Positions 40,544 to 49,330 of a stretch of DNA of 64,000 bases are shown one piece after another; within the stretch, counting starts at the first letter, position 1; each line of letters opens with the position of its first letter. The stretch is taken from NCBI GenBank assembly GCA_017621475.1, contig JAGATA010000039.1, positions 30,108-94,107 on the forward strand. Reading direction: 5' to 3'. Origin of the DNA: Clostridia bacterium. Lineage in GTDB: Bacteria; Bacillota; Clostridia; Oscillospirales; CAG-272. Both the position numbers and the translations under genes were made by a program. The notes below the pieces were generated by a model, which ran no database searches, had not been told where the DNA came from, and was given only the letters and a program-made list of their open reading frames with translations.

Positions 40544-41377
40544 ATGATGATTATGAATAATAATTTTGACTATACTGCTATACTTTGTGAAAATATAGGG
40601 AAGCTTCGCCGCGCAAAGGGATTTACACAGGATGAGCTTGCGAGTATGCTTGGTATTACGTTTCAGGCTGTTTCCAAATGGGAAACGGGCGGCTCTTGCC
40701 CTGATATGGCAACGCTACCGAAGCTTGCCTCGATTTTGGGAGCAAGTATAGACGCGCTTTTCGGCATCGAAAAAGAAGTGAAGAAACAAGAACTTTCATG
40801 GGAGGATGACGGCAAGCTTCACGTAGCTGTTTTTGAAGGCACACGCCCGGTTTCTCAAACAGAATACAGAAATGAAAAAATGAAGATAGCCGTTCAGCTT
40901 GAGGGAAATGTTCGCGACGTAGCTTGCGATTGCTGTGTTGTTTGCGAGAATATTGGTGGAGACGTTTTGATGACACTCGGCAGTGCGAAAGGCGGGCAGT
41001 TAAACATCGCTTGCGAGAATATCGAGGGTGACGTTATAGTAAGCCTTAAAGAATGTGAAAAAGCTCCCGTAACTATCGCCTGCGACGATATAGAGGGGGA
41101 TGTGACGGTATCTTCTTCTGCCGATATTACTATCTCTTGTGACAATATCGAGGGGGATGTTACTTTGTCCACCAAGGCAGAATGCTCCGTGACCTGCGAT
41201 AATATTGATGGGGACGTGACTGTCACAGGGCAAACAAGGATAAGTAGCGGAAACATAGCGGGAAATATTACCTCGTCGGATGGCACTGCGGAATGCTACA
41301 TAACCTGCGATAACGTTGATGGTGATGTTGCTGTCACAGGAAAAGCAACGATAAACTGCGATAATATCGACAGATAG
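40544..41377 (+). CDS. XRE-type HTH regulator fused to a C(D/E)NI(E/D)GDV repeat (beta-helix-like) domain
   Basis: N-terminus LRRAKGFTQDELASMLGITFQAVSKWETG. The C-terminus has at least 6 repeats: ACENIEGDVIVS, ACDDIEGDVTVS, SCDNIEGDVTLS, TCDNIDGDVTVT, TCDNVDGDVAVT, NCDNID. Confidence 0.7.
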   Translation: MMIMNNNFDYTAILCENIGKLRRAKGFTQDELASMLGITFQAVSKWETGGSCPDMATLPKLASILGASIDALFGIEKEVKKQELSWEDDGKLHVAVFEGTRPVSQTEYRNEKMKIAVQLEGNVRDVACDCCVVCENIGGDVLMTLGSAKGGQLNIACENIEGDVIVSLKECEKAPVTIACDDIEGDVTVSSSADITISCDNIEGDVTLSTKAECSVTCDNIDGDVTVTGQTRISSGNIAGNITSSDGTAECYITCDNVDGDVAVTGKATINCDNIDR

Positions 41378-41422
41378 GTGATTTGAGAAAAATAAGCAGT
41401 AACAAAGTTGACTTCGTCAACT

Positions 41423-41448
41423 AAAAACGCCCTTAAAAGGGCGTTTTT
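41423..41448 (+). terminator. terminator
   Basis: AAAAACGCCCTT/AAGGGCGTTTTT hairpin. Confidence 0.65.
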
Positions 41449-41514
41449 GCATAAGGAAAACTTTGTTTGAACAAGCAAAATTGCGCACGAATTGCGCGCA
41501 ATTTCCTATGTTAT

Positions 41515-41706
41515 AAAAAAGACGGCTCGTGCCCAATGTTATTAAGTTAACAAAAAGAAAAGGCTCTCCCTTCGGGAGAGCTCCCGCCGTAGGCGGGTGA
41601 GAGGGCGATATTCCTATGGTAACCGCCCTCTCCGTCACGCTTCTCGTGCCACCTCCCCCGGAGGGGGAGGCTTAACTTAATGATATTGGGCTCGTGCCGT
41701 CTTTTT
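41515..41706. repeat. MITE-like / REP-like element: ~35-bp imperfect terminal inverted repeats around a GC-rich multi-hairpin core
   Basis: Left arm AAAAAAGACGGCTCGTGCCCAATGTTATTAAGTTAA. Right arm TTAACTTAATGATATTGGGCTCGTGCCGTCTTTTT, about 33/37 complementary. The core holds the hairpins CTCTCCC-TTCG-GGAGAG, CCCGCC-GTAG-GCGGG, GAGAGGGCG..CGCCCTCTC and CCTCCCC-CG-GAGGGGAGG. Confidence 0.5.
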
Positions 41707-41717
41707 ATCATTTTAAT

Positions 41718-42656
41718 TTAATTCTTATTCTGTTGTGCGTTTTCTTCGCGCGCTTTTTTTGCCGCTTCAAATTTTGCTTTGCGCTTTACGTCTGCGCGGC
41801 GCGTAAGGATTATAACAACGGGTACAACTATCGCCGCAATTATAATAACGGGGAGCAACCAAACCAAAGCGATAACAAATCCTTGGCAGAAGTCAACAAA
41901 GTTTTCGAAGGTACCAACAAAAGCTTCTTTTATTCTCATACCGAACGTGGGGTCTTCTTCAACAATTTCCGTATATTCTACGACTTCGTCAAGGGAAATA
42001 TATACGTATGACATATCAACGCTCTTGTCGTATTGCTGAAGGCGCTTGTTGAGGGAATTTATCTGAGCGCGGATAGATGCGAGCTTATCTTCAAGCTGAA
42101 TAAGATAATCGAGCGTATCGGCTTTTTCAATAAGAGCTTCAATGCGTTCTTCCTGTGCTACAAGGCTTTCAAGCTGAGATTCGATATCGTAGTAAGCCGT
42201 GGTTATGTCTTCCGTAGAAAGTCTTTTGGAGAGAACGGAAACGTTCTCGCAAACCGCGTCTACAAAAGCATCGATCTTTGCGCTTGGAACGCGAACGGTA
42301 AACGTAGCCGTACGGTCTTTTTTGCCGCTGTAAGTTACGTTATCTTTTTCTGCGGATTCCGCGATATAACCGCCCATAGCTGAGGTGGTATTTATTATGT
42401 TATTTTTAGCGGAATCGTAATTTTTTGTTTCGAGAGTGAGATTATAGGTCTTGATTATCTTACGCTCGTAATCAGTTTCTTGTTCCGGAGCATAGGAAGA
42501 ACCCGTATTTTCGGAAACATCGGCAGAATATGAAGGACTTTCCGATTTATCATAGTATCCTCCTCCGTTTGTTTCAGCCATATCGCTTGCTCCGCAGGAA
42601 ACAAACATACAAAGAGCAATTAAAAGAACTATTGTAAGAGCGATAATTTTTTTCAT
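41718..42656 (-). CDS. DUF4349-like lipoprotein with C-terminal TM helices
   Basis: Lipobox LCMFVSCGAS, a central coiled coil and two C-terminal TM helices. Start placed at ATG 42656. Confidence 0.7.
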   Translation of the reverse strand: MKKIIALTIVLLIALCMFVSCGASDMAETNGGGYYDKSESPSYSADVSENTGSSYAPEQETDYERKIIKTYNLTLETKNYDSAKNNIINTTSAMGGYIAESAEKDNVTYSGKKDRTATFTVRVPSAKIDAFVDAVCENVSVLSKRLSTEDITTAYYDIESQLESLVAQEERIEALIEKADTLDYLIQLEDKLASIRAQINSLNKRLQQYDKSVDMSYVYISLDEVVEYTEIVEEDPTFGMRIKEAFVGTFENFVDFCQGFVIALVWLLPVIIIAAIVVPVVIILTRRADVKRKAKFEAAKKAREENAQQNKN

Positions 42657-42785
42657 TGTAACACAACCTTTCAAAGATATTTTGTTCTTTACATTTTAGT
42701 CGGTGTCAGGTATAAAAAATCTCACTTATTTGTAAAAATATTTTTTCACCCGCTGAAAATATTCGGCGGGTGAAAAGTTTATAGT

Positions 42786-45407
42786 TTAAGAACGGTATTT
42801 TGCGATGGATTCGTCGATGGTTTTTAGCTTATCGGCATAACCTTCGCGTTTTTTGCGTTCGCCTTCGATAACCGCGGCAGGAGCTTTTGCAACAAAGCCT
42901 TCGTTGGAAAGCTTCTTGTCTATACGTTCGATTTCGGAAACCATTTTTGATCTTTCTTTGTTGAGACGAGCGATCTCTGCATCGAAATCTATCATTTCTG
43001 CAAGAGGAATGTAGATAACTGCGTGGTCTGCAACGATCTGAACGGCACGTTCATCGTGGAAATCCGCAAGGTATTCAACCTCGGATGCGGAAGCCAGCTT
43101 CTGGAAGAAGGGTGTTACCGCGGGGTTGAAAGTAGCGTTATCATTTGTTACGATAAAGAGTTTAGCTTTCTTGGAGGGGGCAACATTCATTTCCGCACGG
43201 CGGTTACGAATAGCGCGTATAGCGGAAATAAGGCGTTCCATAGAGCGTTCCTCGTTCGGGAAATTGAAAGCTTCCGTATATTCGGGATAATCTGTAACAA
43301 CGATGCTTTCGCCATCGTGGGGAAGAGCCTGCCATATTGTTTCGGTAATGAAAGGCATATAGGGGTGGAGAAGCTCCATAGAAGTGCGGAGAACGTAGGA
43401 AAGTACGCGGCAAGCGTTTTCGCAATCATCCGCAAATCTGGGCTTGAGAACCTCAATATACCAGTCGCAGAAGTTGTTCCAGATGAAGTCGTAGAGTTTT
43501 GCAAGCGCAACGCCAAGCTCGTATTTTTCGATGTTTTCCGTAACCTCTTTAACAAGAGTATTGAGCTTGGAAAGTATCCATTTATCCTCAATACGCATAT
43601 CCTCTTCTTTGGGAAGTGCGGTGTCTTCAAGCGTTTCGGGAATGTTCATAAGAGCAAAACGGGAAGCGTTCCAAATCTTATTTGTAAAGTTACGTGCGGC
43701 TTCGATCTTTTCGGGGGAGAAACGCATATCGTTACCGGGAGAGTTACCCGTAAGAAGCGCAAAGCGCAAAGCATCCGCGCCGTATTGGCTGATAATATCA
43801 AGTGGGTCTATGCCGTTGCCAAGGGATTTGGACATCTTGCGTCCCTGTGCGTCACGCACAAGACCGTGGATAAGAACCGTATCGAAAGGAATTTTATCGG
43901 TATATTCAAGGGCAGAGAATATCATACGGGAAACCCAGAAGGTGATGATATCGTAGCCTGTAACGAGAGTATTTGTAGGATAGAATTTTTTGAGGTCTTC
44001 CGTTTCGTGTGGCCAACCCATTGTGGAGAAGGGCCAAAGAGCGGAAGAGAACCAGGTGTCAAGCGTATCGGGATCCTGAGTCATATGACCGCCGCACTTG
44101 GGGCAAACCGTGCAATCGTCCTTGCTAACAACGGTTTCACCGCAGGAATCGCAATAGAATGCAGGGATGCGGTGACCCCACCAAAGCTGACGGGAGATAC
44201 ACCAATCCTGGGTGTTTTCCATCCAGTGGAAATAGTTTTTGTCAAAGCGTTCGGGAACGAATTTGATTCTGCCATCGCGTACAGCTTCAACAGCAGGTTT
44301 TGCCAAGGGTTCCATCTTAACGAACCACTGAAGGCTTATCATAGGTTCGATAGTTGTGCCGCAACGGTAGCAAGTTCCAACCTCGTGAGAAAGATCCTCG
44401 ATCTCGCAGAGGTAACCGCCCTCTTTGAGGTCTTCAAGAACGGCTTTTCTTGCTTCATAGCGATCCATGCCTGCGTATTTGGGATAGTTTTCTGTAATCT
44501 TTGCTTCTTCCGTGAGAACAACTTCCATAGGAAGATGGCAACGACGGCCAACCTCAAAGTCGTTGGGGTCGTGGGCAGGTGTTATCTTAACGCAACCTGT
44601 GCCTTTATCAAGCTGCGCGTGTTCATCGGCGACAATTGGAATTCTTCTTCCAACGAGGGGAAGAACAACATATTTGCCGATCATATCTTTATAGCGCTCG
44701 TCACTCGGATTAACCGCAACAGCTGTATCGCCAAGCATAGTTTCGGGACGCGTTGTGGCAACTTCAACAAAGCCGCCGCCACCAACAAGGGGATAGCGAA
44801 TGTGCCAAAAGTGACCCTGCAGTTCCTTATAATCAACTTCTGCATTGGATATAGATGTTTTACAGTGAGGACACCAGTTGATGATTCTTTCGCCGCGGTA
44901 GATAAGACCTTTATCGTAAAGACGCTTGAATACCTCGCGTACAGCTTCACTGCAGCCTTCGTCAAGAGTGAATCTTTCACGAGACCAATCGCAGGAGGAG
45001 CCCATTTTTTTGAGCTGTTCAACTATACGACCGCCATACTGCTTTTTCCAATCCCAAGCACGTTCCAAGAATTTTTCACGGCCTATGTCTTCTTTTGTAA
45101 GACCTTCCTTGCGCATAGCTTCAACGATCTTCGCTTCTGTTGCAATGGAAGCGTGGTCTGTTCCGGGGAGCCAGAGGGTAGAGAAGCCCTTCATTCTCTT
45201 ATAGCGGATAAGCGTATCCTGGAGAGTGTTGTCAAGGGCGTGACCCATATGGAGCTGCCCTGTGATGTTGGGAGGGGGAATTACGATGGAGTAATTTCCT
45301 TTAGTGCTGTTTTCTCTGGGGAGAAAATAGCCGTTTTCACACCAGGTTTGGTATGTTTCTTTTTCGATTTTTGAGGGGTCATAATTTTTTTCAAGTTCTT
45401 TTCTCAT
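42786..45407 (-). CDS. valS: valine--tRNA ligase
   Basis: HMGH (QLHMGHAL) and KMSKS motifs and a C-terminal coiled coil. Start set to MRKELEKNYDP (45407), 5 nt after the upstream gene's stop. Confidence 0.95.
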   Translation of the reverse strand: MRKELEKNYDPSKIEKETYQTWCENGYFLPRENSTKGNYSIVIPPPNITGQLHMGHALDNTLQDTLIRYKRMKGFSTLWLPGTDHASIATEAKIVEAMRKEGLTKEDIGREKFLERAWDWKKQYGGRIVEQLKKMGSSCDWSRERFTLDEGCSEAVREVFKRLYDKGLIYRGERIINWCPHCKTSISNAEVDYKELQGHFWHIRYPLVGGGGFVEVATTRPETMLGDTAVAVNPSDERYKDMIGKYVVLPLVGRRIPIVADEHAQLDKGTGCVKITPAHDPNDFEVGRRCHLPMEVVLTEEAKITENYPKYAGMDRYEARKAVLEDLKEGGYLCEIEDLSHEVGTCYRCGTTIEPMISLQWFVKMEPLAKPAVEAVRDGRIKFVPERFDKNYFHWMENTQDWCISRQLWWGHRIPAFYCDSCGETVVSKDDCTVCPKCGGHMTQDPDTLDTWFSSALWPFSTMGWPHETEDLKKFYPTNTLVTGYDIITFWVSRMIFSALEYTDKIPFDTVLIHGLVRDAQGRKMSKSLGNGIDPLDIISQYGADALRFALLTGNSPGNDMRFSPEKIEAARNFTNKIWNASRFALMNIPETLEDTALPKEEDMRIEDKWILSKLNTLVKEVTENIEKYELGVALAKLYDFIWNNFCDWYIEVLKPRFADDCENACRVLSYVLRTSMELLHPYMPFITETIWQALPHDGESIVVTDYPEYTEAFNFPNEERSMERLISAIRAIRNRRAEMNVAPSKKAKLFIVTNDNATFNPAVTPFFQKLASASEVEYLADFHDERAVQIVADHAVIYIPLAEMIDFDAEIARLNKERSKMVSEIERIDKKLSNEGFVAKAPAAVIEGERKKREGYADKLKTIDESIAKYRS

Positions 45408-45411
45408 TGTG

Positions 45412-46386
45412 TTATACTTCCTGATAATTATAATCTGTTTGGGCTTTTGAAGAGTTCGCTTCTCCTTCGTGGAAAGCCATGAGAGAACATCCTTCCGGCA
45501 TAGAGAAAGAGAGAGCACGTGGAACAACTTCAATATCAAAATTTGTTTCTTGTACTATTTCACCGTCAACTGATACGCCTATAGGCTCATCGGATTCAAA
45601 GTGAATTTTTTTGCATTTTTTATATGTTATAAAAGAAAGGTCGAGATGTTCACCCTTTTTATATTTTCCTACACATTTAATAAATGCCAGACGAGATATT
45701 TTTTTTGCTATACACGCATCAATATATCCATCGTCGGCAACAGCGCAGGGAAGAGACTTAAAACCGCCGCCATAATAAGAGCCTTTGCCAAAAGCTGCAA
45801 GCAGATATTCGTTTTCGGCAATAGGTTCATCATCAAGCGTGACTTTAAAACGCGAACCGTATTTGCCGAAGAATGCAGAGATCAACGCAAATATATATGC
45901 CATTTTGGAAGGAACCAACGGATTACGTTTTATCTGAGACATTTTTTCGGCAACAGAACAGTCAAGCCCTACATTCATCACATTTACGCAGTATTTTCCG
46001 TTGAAGCTCAAAAGGTCGATTTTTAAAATATCGCCTCTGATCTGTCTTTTAAGATTCATAAAAAATTTAGGATTTGAAAAATTCTTTACAAAATCGTTAC
46101 CCGTACCAACAGGTATGACTGCCACCTGAGCATTAGGAAACCTTACTGCGGCATTTATAACTTCGTTAAGAGTACCGTCGCCCCCACAAGCATAAAAGCG
46201 AAGAGGTTCTTCTGTTATTGCTTCGAATTTTGACATAACGAAGCGTGTTGCATCGCCTCTTGATGTTGTTTCATATATTTTATATGAAATGTCTTCTGAA
46301 ATAGCCGCGGAATTTATTGCGGTAAGAAGACTATCTTTTCCTTTAGATTTTCCGGCAACGGGATTTATAATAAAGTAATGTTGCAT
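45412..46386 (-). CDS. diacylglycerol/lipid kinase (YegS/DagK family)
   Basis: FIINPVAGKSKG, ACGGDGTLNEV and PVGTGNDF motifs. Confidence 0.85.
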   Translation of the reverse strand: MQHYFIINPVAGKSKGKDSLLTAINSAAISEDISYKIYETTSRGDATRFVMSKFEAITEEPLRFYACGGDGTLNEVINAAVRFPNAQVAVIPVGTGNDFVKNFSNPKFFMNLKRQIRGDILKIDLLSFNGKYCVNVMNVGLDCSVAEKMSQIKRNPLVPSKMAYIFALISAFFGKYGSRFKVTLDDEPIAENEYLLAAFGKGSYYGGGFKSLPCAVADDGYIDACIAKKISRLAFIKCVGKYKKGEHLDLSFITYKKCKKIHFESDEPIGVSVDGEIVQETNFDIEVVPRALSFSMPEGCSLMAFHEGEANSSKAQTDYNYQEV

Positions 46387-46583
46387 ATTTCCTCGTTTCT
46401 GTGAATAGTTTCATCAAATGGGGAATAAGATATTATATAAAATAAGTATATCAATATTCAATAGGTGTGTCAAGCGTTTTTAGATGATACTGAAAAATTT
46501 TGCAAAAATAAAATAATTTTTTTAAAAAATGTATTGACAAAAGGAAAACATTGTGTTATTATAATGGAGCAGTAAACAAACGG

Positions 46584-46672
46584 GCCGGAATGGCGGAACA
46601 GGCAGACGCCCGGGACTTAAAATCCCGTGGGACTAACATCCCGTACCGGTTCGATCCCGGTTTCCGGCACCA
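46584..46672 (+). tRNA. tRNA-Leu (anticodon TAA), long variable arm, CCA encoded
   Basis: GCCGGAA acceptor, CGGGA-CTTAAAA-TCCCG anticodon arm, variable arm GGGA-CTAACA-TCCC, T arm ACCGG-TTCGATC-CCGGT. All stems pair canonically. Confidence 0.9.
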
Positions 46673-46692
46673 TTACGGCAAACTTAATATAT

Positions 46693-46770
<78 letters not shown>

Positions 46771-46800
46771 TCAAAGGGCGATAAAAAAGATATCGCCACA

Positions 46801-46828
46801 AAAAGCCTTGATTTTTCAAGGCTTTTTT
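46801..46828 (+). terminator. terminator after the tRNA pair
   Basis: AAGCCTTGA/TCAAGGCTT stem followed by a T-run. Confidence 0.6.
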
Positions 46829-46933
46829 CGTTTTTCAGAGCGAAATATCGAGATACAAAAATGGAGATATAAAATCGCTATTTCCCCACAGTTCAGGGAT
46901 TTGAACTCTGTCGGGGCAGAATATCAGCCACCC

Positions 46934-46974
46934 AAGGCACATGGAAAAGAAAAATCCGTGTGCCTTTTTCTTTT
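46934..46974 (+). terminator. terminator-like hairpin in the leader of the first element gene
   Basis: AAGGCACATGGA/TCCGTGTGCCTT stem followed by TTTTTCTTTT, about 30 nt before ATG 47006. Confidence 0.45.
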
Positions 46975-47005
46975 GCCAAAAATAAAAAATCAGGAGGAAA
47001 AATAC

Positions 47006-47659
47006 ATGAGCATTTACCAAGAAGAAATGATGCGAAAGCTCCCGAAGCTCGGATGCACAGGAACGCTCGATGAAGCCACAGGAACGCTGTCGATCAGGCA
47101 GAACGGCGTACTCCTCTGTCGGCAGCTTGTGGACGGAACACTTCTCTATACTGATGATAAGGTTACCTCGCAGAACTTCGGTGACACCTTCACGGCGATC
47201 AGCGACGAAGCCTATCGCATCCGTGAATACGTGAATCTATATGAGCGATCCCCCAAGATGCCAATTCCCGAGGTCAGCCAATACCGAAAGTTCTCCGAAT
47301 ACGGCGATACCGTCCTCGCCGGAGCGTATGGCAGTCACGGGTTTCTATTTTGCACGTGGAAACAGGCGCGAAATGGAACGTATGTGGCGCACGGAGATTA
47401 TACGCCCGACTTTGAACACGCCAAGGAATCCTTCATCACCCGATCACAGCTCATGGACAAAAACAGGATGTTCAGCGAGGATGAGGCAAGCCTGCTCTAT
47501 CGGTGCATCGCCTACGTAAGAGATAACTGCGAATCGCTGACCTACGAACAGGATCAGAAGCTCGACGGTCTGATCGAAAAGCTGACCTACGGCTACCAAA
47601 GCCTTGCAGATGAACAACCGTCCTTCGATCAGGACAACACCCCACAATTAAAAATGTAA
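47006..47659 (+). CDS. hypothetical protein (element cargo)
   Basis: 217 aa from ATG 47006 (AGGAGG RBS 9 nt upstream). The track ORF 46709.. reads through the tRNA gene. Confidence 0.6.
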   Translation: MSIYQEEMMRKLPKLGCTGTLDEATGTLSIRQNGVLLCRQLVDGTLLYTDDKVTSQNFGDTFTAISDEAYRIREYVNLYERSPKMPIPEVSQYRKFSEYGDTVLAGAYGSHGFLFCTWKQARNGTYVAHGDYTPDFEHAKESFITRSQLMDKNRMFSEDEASLLYRCIAYVRDNCESLTYEQDQKLDGLIEKLTYGYQSLADEQPSFDQDNTPQLKM

Positions 47660-47666
47660 ATCACCC

Positions 47667-47711
47667 AAGCCAATCGTTTACGGAGTACGCTCCCAAACGG
47701 TTGGCTTTTTT
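47667..47711 (+). terminator. terminator
   Basis: AAGCCAATCGTTT/AAACGGTTGGCTT stem followed by a T-run. Confidence 0.6.
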
Positions 47712-47737
47712 CATTTTAACGAAAAGGAGATCAAAAT

Positions 47738-48415
47738 ATGCTACTTACCATTACCTATATCGACCGAGAGCTTGAAAGGCTGATGACTCGCATCCCGAAC
47801 TTCCGTCCGAGAGGATACGGCGTATTCGTTTTTAATAAATTCGAGTACACCGCAAAGGACTGCGATTGCAGATACTGCCTGCATTGGCAGAAAGGAATCG
47901 GATGCACCGAGGGCAAATGCCCGTACATGAAGGAGCGCATCACCGCAGGCGCAGTACCGATCAAAGAAGCTCTGCTCGAAGCATTCTCCCCCGTGAACCA
48001 TTTTGCCTTTCAGTTGCGGCTCCGCCACCATATCAGAGAAAGCGAGGAAAACACCATGCAATTCAAAAATGATAAGCACAAAGAAGCCTTTACCGAGGCA
48101 GTCAGGAAGATGAACAAAAAGGACAACGCGCTTATGGCGGCGGTCTATCTCTTCACCGCAGACGGACGGCTGTGGAATCAAGTGAGCCGATACGTTGATC
48201 GATGCGAGATCGCATACGACCGTATCCGCATCAGCAACACCACCGAAGCTGGATATGCCTTGTTCTGCTGTGCCAAGGATCTCGCCATTGGAACAAAGCA
48301 CCTCACTATCAGCGACCTTGCCGACAGCAATCTCATTCCCCCGAAGCTCTTCGGTGTGATCTGCAACGCAATGGCGATCCGCCGATACGGTCTCGGCGCA
48401 ATTCAATTCAAATAA
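47738..48415 (+). CDS. hypothetical protein with an N-terminal Cys-rich (zinc-ribbon-like) segment
   Basis: 225 aa with CDCRYCLHWQKGIGCTEGKCPYMKER. AAGGAG RBS. Confidence 0.6.
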   Translation: MLLTITYIDRELERLMTRIPNFRPRGYGVFVFNKFEYTAKDCDCRYCLHWQKGIGCTEGKCPYMKERITAGAVPIKEALLEAFSPVNHFAFQLRLRHHIRESEENTMQFKNDKHKEAFTEAVRKMNKKDNALMAAVYLFTADGRLWNQVSRYVDRCEIAYDRIRISNTTEAGYALFCCAKDLAIGTKHLTISDLADSNLIPPKLFGVICNAMAIRRYGLGAIQFK

Positions 48416-48427
48416 GGAGAAGCAGCT

Positions 48428-48838
48428 ATGGACTATTTCGAACATGAAATGCAAATGTTTTTCGGAGAGTCAGCACTCTTGTCGGCTGACACCGTATTCT
48501 CGCATCGCGCAATGGTCAGCGATATCGGCAAGGATCTCCGTGCCAAGGTAGAGTTCATCAACACCAAGATCGCCTCCCAATACGATGCTTTGAAGCTGTC
48601 CATCATCAACCGCACAATGGGCGTGGTGGACACACAGACATTCAAGTTTTCGGATATCATCGGCAAAAAGAACGGAAGCGATCCGTACATCTGGGAAAAC
48701 GACGGTACTGCCAAATGGTACGGATACCGTCCGAATGCCCTTGAATTTGAGCAAATCCAAGGAAAGGTCGAGGAATATATAGAAATGTATGCCGACCAAG
48801 AATTGAGATATCAAGGCCATACGATGGGAGGGATGTAA
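48428..48838 (+). CDS. hypothetical protein
   Basis: 136 aa with an AAGGAG RBS. Confidence 0.6.
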   Translation: MDYFEHEMQMFFGESALLSADTVFSHRAMVSDIGKDLRAKVEFINTKIASQYDALKLSIINRTMGVVDTQTFKFSDIIGKKNGSDPYIWENDGTAKWYGYRPNALEFEQIQGKVEEYIEMYADQELRYQGHTMGGM

Positions 48839-48841
48839 TAT

Positions 48842-49180
48842 ATGGCTGTGCTTTTTTCTGCGGTTACCGTAACCGCAGGTGATCAGGAAAAGGAATTCCT
48901 CGTAAGAGGGATTCCGAGAGAGCTTGGTGACATTGAGGGATATACCGCATTTGAAGAATTCATGGAGGATATCGACGAGGAAACCGAGGTCAGCGTTCAC
49001 GCCGAAGCCTATCTCTACGGCGAGGGCGAAACCTATACGGCAACCCTTGAAGAACTCGCCTATTTTTATCTGCGCATAGAGATGCGCGAGGATTTCCTCT
49101 CTACCCGATGCGACAACATCGAGGATGTGGATTTTACCTTCGGATGGTCGCCCGATGAACTATTCGGCATGAAAATGTAG
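48842..49180 (+). CDS. hypothetical acidic protein
   Basis: 112 aa, rich in Glu/Asp. Confidence 0.55.
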   Translation: MAVLFSAVTVTAGDQEKEFLVRGIPRELGDIEGYTAFEEFMEDIDEETEVSVHAEAYLYGEGETYTATLEELAYFYLRIEMREDFLSTRCDNIEDVDFTFGWSPDELFGMKM

Positions 49181-49189
49181 GAGGTAAAT

Positions 49190-49330
49190 TTGGAGTATGA
49201 AATCATCATTCCCGACTCGCTGGTCGAGCAGCTTCTGATCGAAGCCGCCGAGCGAGAGGTCTCGGTCGAGGAAATCGTGACCGAAGCCATTCAAAAATTT
49301 ATAGAAAGGACTGAAAACATTGCCGACTAA
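49190..49330 (+). CDS. possible 46-aa ribbon-helix-helix protein (TTG start)
   Basis: Below the track's size cut-off. GTAGGAGGT RBS 5 nt upstream. The product (M)EYEIIIPDSLVEQLLIEAAEREVSVEEIVTEAIQKFIERTENIAD follows a beta-strand/helix/helix RHH pattern. Confidence 0.4.
   Translation: MEYEIIIPDSLVEQLLIEAAEREVSVEEIVTEAIQKFIERTENIAD

Noticed and set aside
40900-41377. Regularly spaced DNA repeats, considered as a possible CRISPR array.
   Set aside because: The repeats are in frame inside a continuous ORF and degenerate at third codon positions. There are no unique spacers and no cas genes.
41417-41638. A 73-aa ORF inside the MITE-like element. Related cases are ORFs 6531..6947 and 6730..6978.
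   Set aside because: They are translations of GC-rich palindromic repeats, with no RBS, and overlap terminators.
43023-45374. A 783-aa open frame antisense to valS.
   Set aside because: valS has unambiguous HMGH/KMSKS motifs on the minus strand. The antisense product is low-complexity and has no RBS. It is a shadow frame that stays open because the sense codon usage avoids TTA/CTA/TCA.
45408-45539. A 44-codon N-terminal extension of valS.
   Set aside because: It overlaps the 3' end of the lipid-kinase gene. MRKELEKNYDP is the normal ValRS N-terminus.
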